Notes: generated by a model not told the origin, from the letters alone. A DNA stretch of 20,046 bases from Candidatus Sericytochromatia bacterium (GCA_040400605.1 JBBAPZ010000031.1:1-20046), one strand, 5' to 3'; shown: positions 7,780-16,526, counted from the first letter of the stretch. Translations and numbers: made by a program.

Positions 7780-8139
7780 TCACTGATTCACTGCCGACGC
7801 CCAGTGTTCCTGCCGGCCTTGCCCCCAAAGCCGCTCCAGATTATAAAACTCCCGTTCTTTGTCACGCATCACATGCACAATCACCGTACCGAAATCCAAC
7901 AGCACCCACAAACCATCGGCCATCCCTTCCTGCCCATACAAGTGGTAACCAGCCTTAGTCAACTCCTCCTCAATGTGCGACGCGACCGCCCGCACCTTGA
8001 TGCTCGTCTGCCCACTGCACAGCAAGAAATAATCCGCCAGCAAACTGACCCCGTGCATATCCACAATCACAATATCATCGGCTTTTTTGTCATCCGCCTT
8101 GTGGGCCGCCAACTCAACCAACGCGCGCTCATCGCTCAT
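7780..8139 (-). CDS. rsfS: Ribosome silencing factor RsfS (Iojap)
   Basis: DDKKADDIVIVD, ADYFLLCSG, WVLLDFGTVIVHV and REFYNLERLW. Canonical position after nadD/yqeK. Confidence 0.96.
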   Translation of the reverse strand: MSDERALVELAAHKADDKKADDIVIVDMHGVSLLADYFLLCSGQTSIKVRAVASHIEEELTKAGYHLYGQEGMADGLWVLLDFGTVIVHVMRDKEREFYNLERLWGQGRQEHWASAVNQ

Positions 8140-8792
8140 GCCTGCGCCTCTCCTCTTTGCTCCTTGGCCCGAGCGGCCAAACGCTGCTCATAAATCAACC
8201 AGTTCCGACCACGCACCGCGACAGGATGTATCATCTGCCTTGTGCGCAACAAATAATCCAGCGTATGGTCGTACGCCCGCAAACACGCCTTATCAAGGTC
8301 CTTGCCCGCCAACTCCCGCAACTCCTCAATATACGGCGCGCTCGGACGATTGGGCTCAATCGCGTCCGCCAAAAACACCACTTTCTCAAGCAGGCTCATT
8401 TGCTCACGCCCCACCGTGTGCGCAGCGATCGCCACCAGAACCCCCTCATCCTCAACCCCAAACTCACGCTTCGCGCACTCCGCCCCCACCTCAGCATGCA
8501 AACACGCCATCGGTGCCATCTCAACCAAATAATCAACCCCAATGCCCAATTCGCGCGCACCCTCAATCAAATCCTGCGCCGACCACTCCCTGGCCACATC
8601 ATGCAACAAACCCGCCCAGCGCGCCCGCCACACATCCGCGCCATAGCGTTCAGCAAGCGCCGCCGCCTGCTGGGCCACCCCCAGACTATGCGTGTAACGC
8701 AAAGGACTCAAGCGCGCCGCCAGACGCACGCATGCCTGACTAAACGCCGCTTCATCCGCCAAACCCGCTTCCGGAATCATCATTACCCTCAT
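8136..8792 (-). CDS. yqeK: YqeK HD-domain symmetrical Ap4A hydrolase
   Basis: RYTHSLGV, GLLHDVARE, LHAEVGA, AIAAHTVG and FLADAIEPNR. Start is uncertain (8801, 8792, 8783 or 8780). Stop overlaps the rsfS start (ATGA). Confidence 0.92.
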   Translation of the reverse strand: MRVMMIPEAGLADEAAFSQACVRLAARLSPLRYTHSLGVAQQAAALAERYGADVWRARWAGLLHDVAREWSAQDLIEGARELGIGVDYLVEMAPMACLHAEVGAECAKREFGVEDEGVLVAIAAHTVGREQMSLLEKVVFLADAIEPNRPSAPYIEELRELAGKDLDKACLRAYDHTLDYLLRTRQMIHPVAVRGRNWLIYEQRLAARAKEQRGEAQA

Positions 8793-8857
8793 CGCGCGCA
8801 ATCCTTAACATTCTAGCCTGAATTCCTCCGAATTCACCATCATCCGGCCAAGCGCCT

Positions 8858-10024
8858 TTAGCGGCCGCGTTTGGACGATCGCCCCTTGCCCCGTGGCTTG
8901 GTCCCCGTCACCACAAACGCCTCTGACGCCCGCTCCCGGCGCCCCACGCGCCCAATCAACTGCGTCAGTTCCGACTCCCCAAACCCATCCGCATCCGTTA
9001 CCACCATCAAATCCGCCATCGGCACATCAAGGCCACTCCCGATCAAATTGGTCGCCACCAAAATCGCGGGCAACGTCTCCCTGAAACGCTGCAAATTCGA
9101 CACCCGTGTATCCTCCGGCCGAAAATGGCGCACCCGCGTCCGTCCCGCCTGCTCCTCGGTATCGACCATCGCGCCGTGCAACTTGAAGACCGGCGCAGCA
9201 AAGCGGTTAGCCATAAAGCGCATCAAGCGGGGCACCGCATCTCGGGTGCGAACCACCACATACACCCGCCCCGCCTCCGCCAGGTGCCGGTCGATCGCCC
9301 CGCGCACCTGCAACACCTGCTGCGCCGCATCCGTGCCGGGACGCGATCGCACCTGAATCACCTGCGTCGGCGGCGCCTCAAACGGCCGCTCGCTCATCCG
9401 CGCCACGTGCGCAAGCGCCCCTTTGCCCTCCAAAAACCCCTGCACCGCCTCCGGCGTCGCAGACGCATACAGGCTCGGCGTCGCAATGTCTTTCAGCGGC
9501 TTCAAATGCGCCACCGGATCCATCGCATGCACATCATCCACGATCAAAAAACCCGCCTCGCGCAACAAACGACGCGTCTCTTCCTGATGCAACACCATCC
9601 CGGAGGCAATCAAAATCGACACCATGCCTGATCGCATCGCATCAAAAATCCCTTGACGCTCCCGCGGCGCCACCCCGCCATGCACCGTCGCCAAACGCAA
9701 CGGCGTCCCAGCCAGGCGCGGCGCAAAATATGCCGCATGCTGCCTGGCCAAATCCCGCGTCGGGGTCAGCAACACCACCGGCAACTGCCGATACAGATAC
9801 TGCGACACCGCCAACCGCAACGCCACCAAAGTCTTACCCGCGCCAGTGGGTGCCACCAGCACGGCCTGCTGTCCCCCTCCCGCATAAAAGCGTTCAAGAT
9901 CCGACAAAGCCGTCACTTGATCTCCTAACAACGTAAACACGCCACCCGCCGCAATGAGCCCCTCATCCAGCGCGGCACGCTGCTCGTTGGCCCCAATCGA
10001 CTCCCACAAGCGCTCCTGGTTCAC
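8858..10024 (-). CDS. SF2 helicase core, RecG-like, lacking the wedge and C-terminal domains
   Basis: Motif I APTGAGKT, Ia TPTRDLARQH, II IVDDVH, III SATP, V ATNLIGSGLDVP, VI QLIGRVGR. Likely start is GTG 10024, overlapping the nadD stop (GTGA), with a GGGGGA RBS. 388 aa. Confidence 0.85.
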   Translation of the reverse strand: MNQERLWESIGANEQRAALDEGLIAAGGVFTLLGDQVTALSDLERFYAGGGQQAVLVAPTGAGKTLVALRLAVSQYLYRQLPVVLLTPTRDLARQHAAYFAPRLAGTPLRLATVHGGVAPRERQGIFDAMRSGMVSILIASGMVLHQEETRRLLREAGFLIVDDVHAMDPVAHLKPLKDIATPSLYASATPEAVQGFLEGKGALAHVARMSERPFEAPPTQVIQVRSRPGTDAAQQVLQVRGAIDRHLAEAGRVYVVVRTRDAVPRLMRFMANRFAAPVFKLHGAMVDTEEQAGRTRVRHFRPEDTRVSNLQRFRETLPAILVATNLIGSGLDVPMADLMVVTDADGFGESELTQLIGRVGRRERASEAFVVTGTKPRGKGRSSKRGR

Positions 10025-10662
10025 AAGCCATCCCCCATTCGCTCGCGGTACAAGCCGTAACGCGCAATATAAGCCGCCACACACTGAGGCAAACCGCCAG
10101 GCGATCGCCCCGCCGCACACGCCGCGCGCACCGCCGTCGATGACACCACAACCGTGGGCATCCGCACAAACCGCACCCAATCCCCCTCACACGCCGCAAA
10201 ATGCGACGCCAGTTGCGCCCGCAAACCAGCCTCATCAAAACCCTCGCGCGACACCACCAAAAATCGCGTCAAGGTTACCAAACGCTGCGCCTCATACCAG
10301 GTATGCAACCCCCAAGCCGCATCCGCCCCGATGAGCCAATACCACTCAACTCCTGCATCGATCGCGCTCGCCTGCAAAACGGTATCCACCGTGTATGAAG
10401 GACCCGCACGCTCAAGCTCCCAACCAACCACCCGAAAACGCGGCTCCTTCAAAGTGGCAAGCACTGCCATCGCATAACGCGCATGCGCCGTCGCCTGCGT
10501 GACAGCACGCTTGTGCGGCGGATCCCCTGCCGGCACAAACACCACCTCATCCACCAACCCCTGCTCAAGCACCGCCTGCGCCGCCGCCAAATGCCCGGCA
10601 TGAATCGGGTCAAAAGTCCCCCCAAACAAAGCCACGCGCTTTCTCCGCGCTGCTGCCATCAT
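10021..10662 (-). CDS. nadD: Nicotinate-nucleotide adenylyltransferase
   Basis: FGGTFDPIHAGH, PPHK, SYTVDT, LIGAD and VSSTAVR motifs. ATGA overlap with proB. Confidence 0.96.
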   Translation of the reverse strand: MMAAARRKRVALFGGTFDPIHAGHLAAAQAVLEQGLVDEVVFVPAGDPPHKRAVTQATAHARYAMAVLATLKEPRFRVVGWELERAGPSYTVDTVLQASAIDAGVEWYWLIGADAAWGLHTWYEAQRLVTLTRFLVVSREGFDEAGLRAQLASHFAACEGDWVRFVRMPTVVVSSTAVRAACAAGRSPGGLPQCVAAYIARYGLYRERMGDGL

Positions 10663-11786
10663 AAGATTCGCACCAGGTTGTTGCGGTGAATCACCTCATC
10701 ATAATGCTTGTAACCCAACACCGCCTCCACCTCTTGGCTGTGCCGCCCCAAAATGCGCCGCAACTCCTCCGATCCGTAATTGCACAGTCCGCGCGCAACC
10801 TCCACCCCATCCGGTCCCAACAACGACACCAACGCCCCGTGCTCAAAAGCACCCGCTACCGCACACACCCCAATCGGCAACACACTGCGCCCATTCAGCC
10901 GCACCGCCGTCAACGCCCCCTCATCCAACGTGAGCGCCCCAGACACCCGACCACCAAACGCCAGCCAGCGCTTGCGCCCCTCCAACCGCGACTCCGCAGC
11001 CACAAAGGTCGTGCCAACCACCTCACCGCGCAAATGCGCCAAAATGCGCTCGGGCGCACGCCCATCCAGCAAGGTCATCGGCACCCCACAAGCCGTCGCG
11101 ATGCGCGCTGCCTGAATCTTGGTCACCATGCCCCCGGTCCCCAGGCTTGTGCCCGACTTGCCCGCCAACGCTTCAATCGCAGGCGTGATCACAGGCACCA
11201 CAGCAATGGGCCGGGCCGCCGGCTCCAGGCGAGGGTCGGCATCATACAACGCATCCACATCCGAGAGCAGGTACAAAGCATCCGCATCCACCACGGCCGC
11301 AACGAGCGCGGACAGCGTATCGTTGTCGCCGAATTTCAGTTCGTCGACGGCCACCGAATCGTTTTCGTTGATGATCGGCACCACGGGCACCACTGCGTGC
11401 AACAGCACCGACAAGGTGTTACTGACGTTGATGTACCGTGTGCGATCCGCCAAATCGTCCCGCGTCAGCAGCAACTGGGCCGTCACCAAACCCCTTTGCG
11501 AAAATGCCTGCTCATACTGGTGCATCAGCAAGCCCTGCCCCACTGCGGCAGCGGCCTGCTTCTCGGGTATGTTGCGCGATCGCCCCTTCCAGTTCAGGCG
11601 CCAACGCCCCGTACCAACGGCTCCGGAGGTCACCAACACCACCCGGTACTGCGCCTCAATCAAGCGCCCCATGACCTCGGCCAACTTCGCCAACACGGCG
11701 GGTTCCGGGCCTTGCAGTCCCATCAGGCTGCTCGTCCCGATTTTAAGGACCAACACATGGCGTCGTTGATTGGCCGCTTCGCTCAT
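10659..11786 (-). CDS. proB: Glutamate 5-kinase with C-terminal PUA domain
   Basis: LKIGTSSL, VTSGAV, KQAAAAVGQ, PIINEND, FGDNDTLSA and GTGGMVTK. ATG 11786 is preceded by GAGGGGAGGG. Confidence 0.97.
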   Translation of the reverse strand: MSEAANQRRHVLVLKIGTSSLMGLQGPEPAVLAKLAEVMGRLIEAQYRVVLVTSGAVGTGRWRLNWKGRSRNIPEKQAAAAVGQGLLMHQYEQAFSQRGLVTAQLLLTRDDLADRTRYINVSNTLSVLLHAVVPVVPIINENDSVAVDELKFGDNDTLSALVAAVVDADALYLLSDVDALYDADPRLEPAARPIAVVPVITPAIEALAGKSGTSLGTGGMVTKIQAARIATACGVPMTLLDGRAPERILAHLRGEVVGTTFVAAESRLEGRKRWLAFGGRVSGALTLDEGALTAVRLNGRSVLPIGVCAVAGAFEHGALVSLLGPDGVEVARGLCNYGSEELRRILGRHSQEVEAVLGYKHYDEVIHRNNLVRIL

Positions 11787-11843
11787 CCACGCCCTCCCCT
11801 CAGGCACAGACGCGCACGCACCGCGTGGTACCCAGCCGCACCC

Positions 11844-13115
11844 TCAATCAATGAAATCGAATTCAAACGCACCGATGGCCACCGTATCGTGGTCTGCGAC
11901 GCCCAGTTCACGCAGGCGGTCAATCACCCCAAACTCATCCAGCAACTTGTGCAAACGCACCACCGCCTCGGCCGACTCCAGATTCAACTGCTCCACCTGA
12001 CGCACCAACCACGTATGGCGCACCTGCCACACCTTGCCCACGCGCTCAATCACAACCGGCTCAGGCTCACTCACCACCCGCTCAACCGGCGCGGGCGTAA
12101 AAATGACCGGCGGCGGCAACGCTGCCACCCGTTCGCGCAAAGTCGCCAAAAACGGCTCAAGACCCTCCCGCGTCACAGCCGAGACGGCCATGACCTCAAA
12201 GCCCTGCGCTTGCAAGGCCCCCGTGACCGTGGCCGCACGCTCGCGCGCCTCCGGAATATCCACTTTATTCAACACAACCAGCATCGGCCTCGCCGCCAAC
12301 TCCGGACTGTACCGGGCCAGTTCCTGGTTAATGACTGCAAAATCTGCCAAAGGGTCGCGCCCTTCCATCCCACCCGACACATCCAGCAAATGCACCAGCA
12401 AGCGGCAACGCTCCACATGACGCAAAAACTCATGCCCCAGCCCAACGCCTTCGGACGCGCCCTCAACCAAACCCGGAATGTCCGCCATCACCAGGGTTTC
12501 ACCAGGCGCAAAGCGAATCACCCCCAAATGGGGCTCAAGCGTCGTGAACGGGTAATTGGCAATCTTCGGCTTCGCCGCGGACACAGCCGAAATCAGCGTG
12601 GACTTGCCCGCGTTGGGCAGCCCCACCAGGCCCACATCCGCCAGGAGTTTCAACTCCAAATCCAGTTCGAGCGCCTCTGCAGGACCGCCCGGTTCCGCGA
12701 AATCGGGCGCTTTGCGAATCGGTGTGACAAATTGTGCGTTCCCGCGGCCGCCACGACCGCCTTTGGCGGCCAAAAAGCGTTGGCCGTCTTCGTGGAGATC
12801 CGCAAGCAACGTCCGACTCTGCGCATCATAAATCACCGTCCCCACAGGTACCCGAATCTCGAGATCCGGCGCGCCGCGGCCATGCATCAACTTCGGGCCG
12901 CCCTTCGCGCCGGCTTGCGCCTCAAATTTGCGGTTGTAGCGAAAATCAAGCAAGGTATTGAGGTCACGGGTGGCGACCAGGTAGACGGAACCACCCCGCC
13001 CACCATCACCACCGGCCGGTCCCCCAGCCGCCACGTATTTTTCGCGCCGCCACATGACGACACCGTCGCCACCGGCGCCGCTCTTGACTTGAATTCTGAC
13101 CCGATCGATAAACAT
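11844..13115 (-). CDS. obgE: GTPase ObgE/CgtA with C-terminal OCT-like domain
   Basis: MFIDR, Gly-rich Obg fold, GLPNAGKST, YPFTT, DIPG, NKVD, and a C-terminal LRELGV..DTVAIG..EFDF segment. Confidence 0.98.
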   Translation of the reverse strand: MFIDRVRIQVKSGAGGDGVVMWRREKYVAAGGPAGGDGGRGGSVYLVATRDLNTLLDFRYNRKFEAQAGAKGGPKLMHGRGAPDLEIRVPVGTVIYDAQSRTLLADLHEDGQRFLAAKGGRGGRGNAQFVTPIRKAPDFAEPGGPAEALELDLELKLLADVGLVGLPNAGKSTLISAVSAAKPKIANYPFTTLEPHLGVIRFAPGETLVMADIPGLVEGASEGVGLGHEFLRHVERCRLLVHLLDVSGGMEGRDPLADFAVINQELARYSPELAARPMLVVLNKVDIPEARERAATVTGALQAQGFEVMAVSAVTREGLEPFLATLRERVAALPPPVIFTPAPVERVVSEPEPVVIERVGKVWQVRHTWLVRQVEQLNLESAEAVVRLHKLLDEFGVIDRLRELGVADHDTVAIGAFEFDFID

Positions 13116-13127
13116 CTGAACCTACAC

Positions 13128-13160
13128 AAAAAGCCGCAGGGCGCTTGGCGCCGCGCGGCT
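13128..13160 (-). terminator. Intrinsic terminator-like hairpin between rpmA and obgE
   Basis: AGCCGC (13132-13137)/GCGGCT (13155-13160) with inner GGCGC/GCGCC, followed by TTTTT on the minus strand. Confidence 0.7.
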
Positions 13161-13194
13161 GAAAACCTGAACTGACCCGACTGTGCCAGACCGT

Positions 13195-13455
13195 CTAAAC
13201 GCTCGCCGGAACGACGCTGACCTTCTTGCCCTTGGCACCTTTGTGCGCAAACTGCACCACGCCCTCAATCAAGGCGAAAATGGTGTAATCACGACCCAAG
13301 CCAACGTTCTCGCCCGGGTGAATTTTGGTGCCGCGCTGCCGCACGATGATGTTACCCGGCGCCACGCGCTCGCCACCGAATTTTTTGACACCCAACATCT
13401 TGGGATTGGAATCCCGACCATTCCGTGTAGAGCCTACGCCCTTTTTATGAGCCAT
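13195..13455 (-). CDS. rpmA: 50S ribosomal protein L27
   Basis: [16 protein letters not shown]...[10 protein letters not shown]. True start is ATG 13455 (86 aa) with an AAAGGA RBS. Confidence 0.98.
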   Translation of the reverse strand: MAHKKGVGSTRNGRDSNPKMLGVKKFGGERVAPGNIIVRQRGTKIHPGENVGLGRDYTIFALIEGVVQFAHKGAKGKKVSVVPASV

Positions 13456-13531
13456 GGATTGGCACTTCCTTTCTGCTTGACTTGATGCTTGCGATGACTC
13501 GCCCCCGTCACCGGGGGCGCCAATCCAACCA

Positions 13532-13912
13532 CTAAGGCGTAATAGCCTCAACCATCACGCGCGTGAACGGCTGACGGTGACCCCGCTTGCGGCGATAGTG
13601 CTTCTTGGGGCGCATCTTGTAGATGATGACCTTGGGCGCCAGACCCGGACGACCCTTCTGTGCAAGCTCTTCGTCGCTGAGCTTGCCGCGGTTGCGCGTG
13701 ATCCACTTCTTGCCGGTGAAAACGACCTTGCCGGTCACCGTCGCGCCGGACACCACCGGGGTGCCAACCGAAACCTGGTCACCGTCCACCACCAACAACA
13801 CCTTGTCGAAAACAACCGTCTCGTCTTGATCCTGCGGAAGCAACTCCACGTCGATAAATCGACCGGCTTCCACTTTGTACTGCTTGCCACCTGTTGCAAT
13901 AATTGCGTACAT
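13532..13912 (-). CDS. rplU: 50S ribosomal protein L21 with an internal insertion
   Basis: [14 protein letters not shown]...[15 protein letters not shown]. 126 aa. Confidence 0.97.
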   Translation of the reverse strand: MYAIIATGGKQYKVEAGRFIDVELLPQDQDETVVFDKVLLVVDGDQVSVGTPVVSGATVTGKVVFTGKKWITRNRGKLSDEELAQKGRPGLAPKVIIYKMRPKKHYRRKRGHRQPFTRVMVEAITP

Positions 13913-13924
13913 AAACGTCGCTAA

Positions 13925-14020
13925 TGCTCCTCTGACTGGATGGGCTCACCCTACCCGAGAGTCACGCCGGCGTCAGGCAGGCACGAATGCCTTTTCGTAG
14001 GCCTGATCCGAGCGGAGTGC
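13925..14020 (-). ncRNA. Structured rplU leader, L21-leader-like
   Basis: Minus strand reads CCGC..UCAGGC-[GGCA UUCG UGCC]-GCCUGA..GGCG, then UGACU/AGUCA enclosing a GGG-UGAG-CCC hairpin, directly abutting the GAGGAG Shine-Dalgarno. Confidence 0.55.
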
Positions 14021-14039
14021 CGGATAATCGAACTAAAAA

Positions 14040-14067
14040 ATTATCACGTTCCGGTTAAGACCGTCAA
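14040..14067 (-). promoter_or_regulatory. Putative sigma70 promoter of rplU-rpmA
   Basis: Minus strand TTGACG (14067-14062), N16, GATAAT (14045-14040), immediately upstream of the structured leader. Confidence 0.6.
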
Positions 14068-14348
14068 CGGCGCGGTTCAATCAGGAATTTGATGGCGGTG
14101 CGCTCTTCGCCGTCAACCTGGATGTCAAAAAAGGCGGGTACAAAGACGAGGTCGATGCCGGCGGGAGCGACGTACCCGCGGGCGATCGCAATGGCCTTCA
14201 CCGCCTGGTTGATGGCGCCTGCCCCAATGGCTTGCATTTCGCACCGGCCGGATTCGCGGATGGCGCCTGCGATCGCGCCTGCGACCGAACCAGGGGCCGA
14301 GGTACTCGCCACCTTCAACAGGGGCTGTCCTGGACGTTGTGGTTCCAT
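14064..14348 (-). CDS. spoVS: SpoVS-family (Alba-like) protein
   Basis: LKVAS.S.PGSVAGAIAG, MQAIGAGAINQAVKAIAIARG and DGEERTAIKF. Start is 14348 (GAGGTG RBS) or 14366 (AAGGAGG RBS). Confidence 0.93.
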   Translation of the reverse strand: MEPQRPGQPLLKVASTSAPGSVAGAIAGAIRESGRCEMQAIGAGAINQAVKAIAIARGYVAPAGIDLVFVPAFFDIQVDGEERTAIKFLIEPRR

Positions 14349-14500
14349 GGCTTGCACCTCTTTCATCGCGATCACCCTCCTTCTTCATATACCCACGCAT
14401 TGGCCACACGTGTATCCTTTGCCCGGCGCGCATCATTGCAGGCCTTTGGCACTTCCCGTACCATACGCGATGACACCCAAACGACGGAGATGCAAGCGGC

Positions 14501-16426
14501 ATGACACCCATCGCCAACATCAACAGCATCGATGAACCGGCACCCGCCAATTTCCCACGCGAGTTGCTCAGCCTGTGCATGATCGTCAAGGACGAGTCGC
14601 GATGTTTGCGGCGTTGCCTGGAATCCGTGCACGATTGGGTGGGTGAACTCATTATCGTGGATACCGGCTCCACGGATGACACGGTTGCGATCGCCCGTTC
14701 CTTCGGTGCAACGGTCCTTGCCATCACGTGGCCCGACGACTTTGCGATCGCCCGCAACGTCTCCCTCGATGCCGCCCACAACCCCTGGGCCCTCATCCTC
14801 GATGCGGATGAAGTCCTACAAGTCCAAGACGCAGGCGCCTTTGGCGCAGCCCTCACGAACAACGACGCCCTTGCCTTCAGCCTGCCCTGCGCAAGCCGCT
14901 ATGACGATGGCAGCGTCGCCACAGCCGCCCTCTTACGCCTGTTTCGCCGGGATCAACCCGACATGCGCTATCGCGGACAACTTCACGAACAACTCAGCGC
15001 CGTCACGTCAGGCCAAGTCACACCGACACCACTTGGCGCCCTTCAGATTCAGCACGACGGGTATCAAGCCGCTGTGGTGGAAGCCAAAGACAAACGAACC
15101 CGCAACCGACACCTTGCGCGCGCCTTTGCGCGGACCAACCCCGACAGCCCCCACGCTTGGTATGCGCTGGGCGTGGCCTTACCCGAGTCGCAAGAACGCA
15201 TCGATGCCTTGCAAACCGCCGCGTCACTGCTGAAGAGCCGCTCCGACTATGCCCTCGACCTTTTTGTCGAACTCGCACGCGCCCTGCATGCGGCCGGTAA
15301 CCCAACCGGTGCCCTGGATGCGATCACACGCGGGCTCACCCTGTTCGAGGCCTCTGCGGACCTGCTGCACCTTCAAGGCAAAATCCTGCTGGACACCGCC
15401 CAATTCGAACAGGCCGCAGACGCCTTCCAACGCTGCCTCCGATTGGAACCCGAACCAGGACAGGTCGTGCTGGATCCCGGCTCGCATTCCTACACTGCGC
15501 TGTGTGACCTGGGCATTGCGCTCTCGCGCCTCGGTCAGTCGGAGGCGGCTGTGATGCGGTGGCAAGAGGCCCTTGCGATCGCCCCTGCACCCTACACCAG
15601 GCCGCTCGAATTGCTGGGGCAGCATCACATGCAACAAGGGCAATGGCAAGATGCGCGCGCCTTTTTTCAACGCGCCTGGACGGTTCAGCCCCAACGCGCC
15701 GACCTCGCACTCGCCTTTGGCTGGTGCGAAGCCAAAGTGGACAACCAGGCCGCGGCGATCCCAATCTTGCAGCCCTTTGGGGATGTGCCCCAGATTCAGG
15801 CCCTGCTAGGGCGCTGCCACCTGGAAACCGGGCACGCGGATGAAGCCCTCGCAAGTCTTGCGACCTCCACACTCCCCAGCGTCGACTTGCTACGGGGTTG
15901 GGCGTACTGGGTGCAGAGTCAACCGCGCAAGGCCGCCCAGGCGTGGGAAGCATGGCTGAAAGCGGGTGCTGCCGACTGGGGCAGCAAGGACAGCCTGTCA
16001 CGGATGCTCTTTTTACTGGAAGGCGGCCGTCCGCCGCAAAACGAGCCCGAACGCATCGCGGAACCGATTGCAGAAATGGCCAACTGGTTCAGGATTTTGC
16101 TTCGGCACCAACGCTTTGGGGATATTGAAGCGGTGATTCAAAGGGCACCCAAACTCGGGGTGCGCATGTGGCGCGAACTGAGGCGCGCTTGGGCAAAGGT
16201 GTTGATCCACGACGGTTTTACGGATCTTGGCGAAGAACTGTTGCAGGCAGCCAGAGACGAGCAGCCAGGCTTTGCCGAAGACGCGTTCGATCTCGCTCAG
16301 ATCGCACTCGAACAACGCGACATGCCTCGCGCCATCACCCTCCTGCGCGAGTGCCTCACCCACAACCCCACCCACCTCGCCGCCCGCGAAACCTTGACCA
16401 GTCTACTCAATCTGGGTTTTCGCTGA
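14501..16426 (+). CDS. Family 2 glycosyltransferase with C-terminal TPR repeats
   Basis: LSLCMIVKDE, VDTGSTDDT, DDFAIARN, LILDADE, LHEQ and HDGY, followed by many TPR-like helices (WYALG, LHLQGKIL, LCDLGIAL). GGAG RBS. Confidence 0.92.
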   Translation: MTPIANINSIDEPAPANFPRELLSLCMIVKDESRCLRRCLESVHDWVGELIIVDTGSTDDTVAIARSFGATVLAITWPDDFAIARNVSLDAAHNPWALILDADEVLQVQDAGAFGAALTNNDALAFSLPCASRYDDGSVATAALLRLFRRDQPDMRYRGQLHEQLSAVTSGQVTPTPLGALQIQHDGYQAAVVEAKDKRTRNRHLARAFARTNPDSPHAWYALGVALPESQERIDALQTAASLLKSRSDYALDLFVELARALHAAGNPTGALDAITRGLTLFEASADLLHLQGKILLDTAQFEQAADAFQRCLRLEPEPGQVVLDPGSHSYTALCDLGIALSRLGQSEAAVMRWQEALAIAPAPYTRPLELLGQHHMQQGQWQDARAFFQRAWTVQPQRADLALAFGWCEAKVDNQAAAIPILQPFGDVPQIQALLGRCHLETGHADEALASLATSTLPSVDLLRGWAYWVQSQPRKAAQAWEAWLKAGAADWGSKDSLSRMLFLLEGGRPPQNEPERIAEPIAEMANWFRILLRHQRFGDIEAVIQRAPKLGVRMWRELRRAWAKVLIHDGFTDLGEELLQAARDEQPGFAEDAFDLAQIALEQRDMPRAITLLRECLTHNPTHLAARETLTSLLNLGFR

Positions 16427-16526
16427 GCCTCAGTAACCGGTTTTGTTGCACCATGCAGCCATACAGGTCGCGCCCGACGCGCGCGCATCTCGGGCTCGTA
16501 TGGTCGGGCGATCGCTCAAGGCGGTG

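Noticed and set aside
10686..13175. 829-aa + strand ORF
   Set aside because: Antisense shadow of proB and obgE, with no recognisable motifs.
13456..13551. N-terminal extension of L27 in the ORF track, as a possible Prp substrate
   Set aside because: It does not resemble the Firmicute extension, it overlaps rplU, no prp gene is present, and ATG 13455 has its own RBS.
14064..14348. spoVS as evidence of sporulation
   Set aside because: SpoVS homologues occur in non-sporulating bacteria, and there are no other sporulation genes here.
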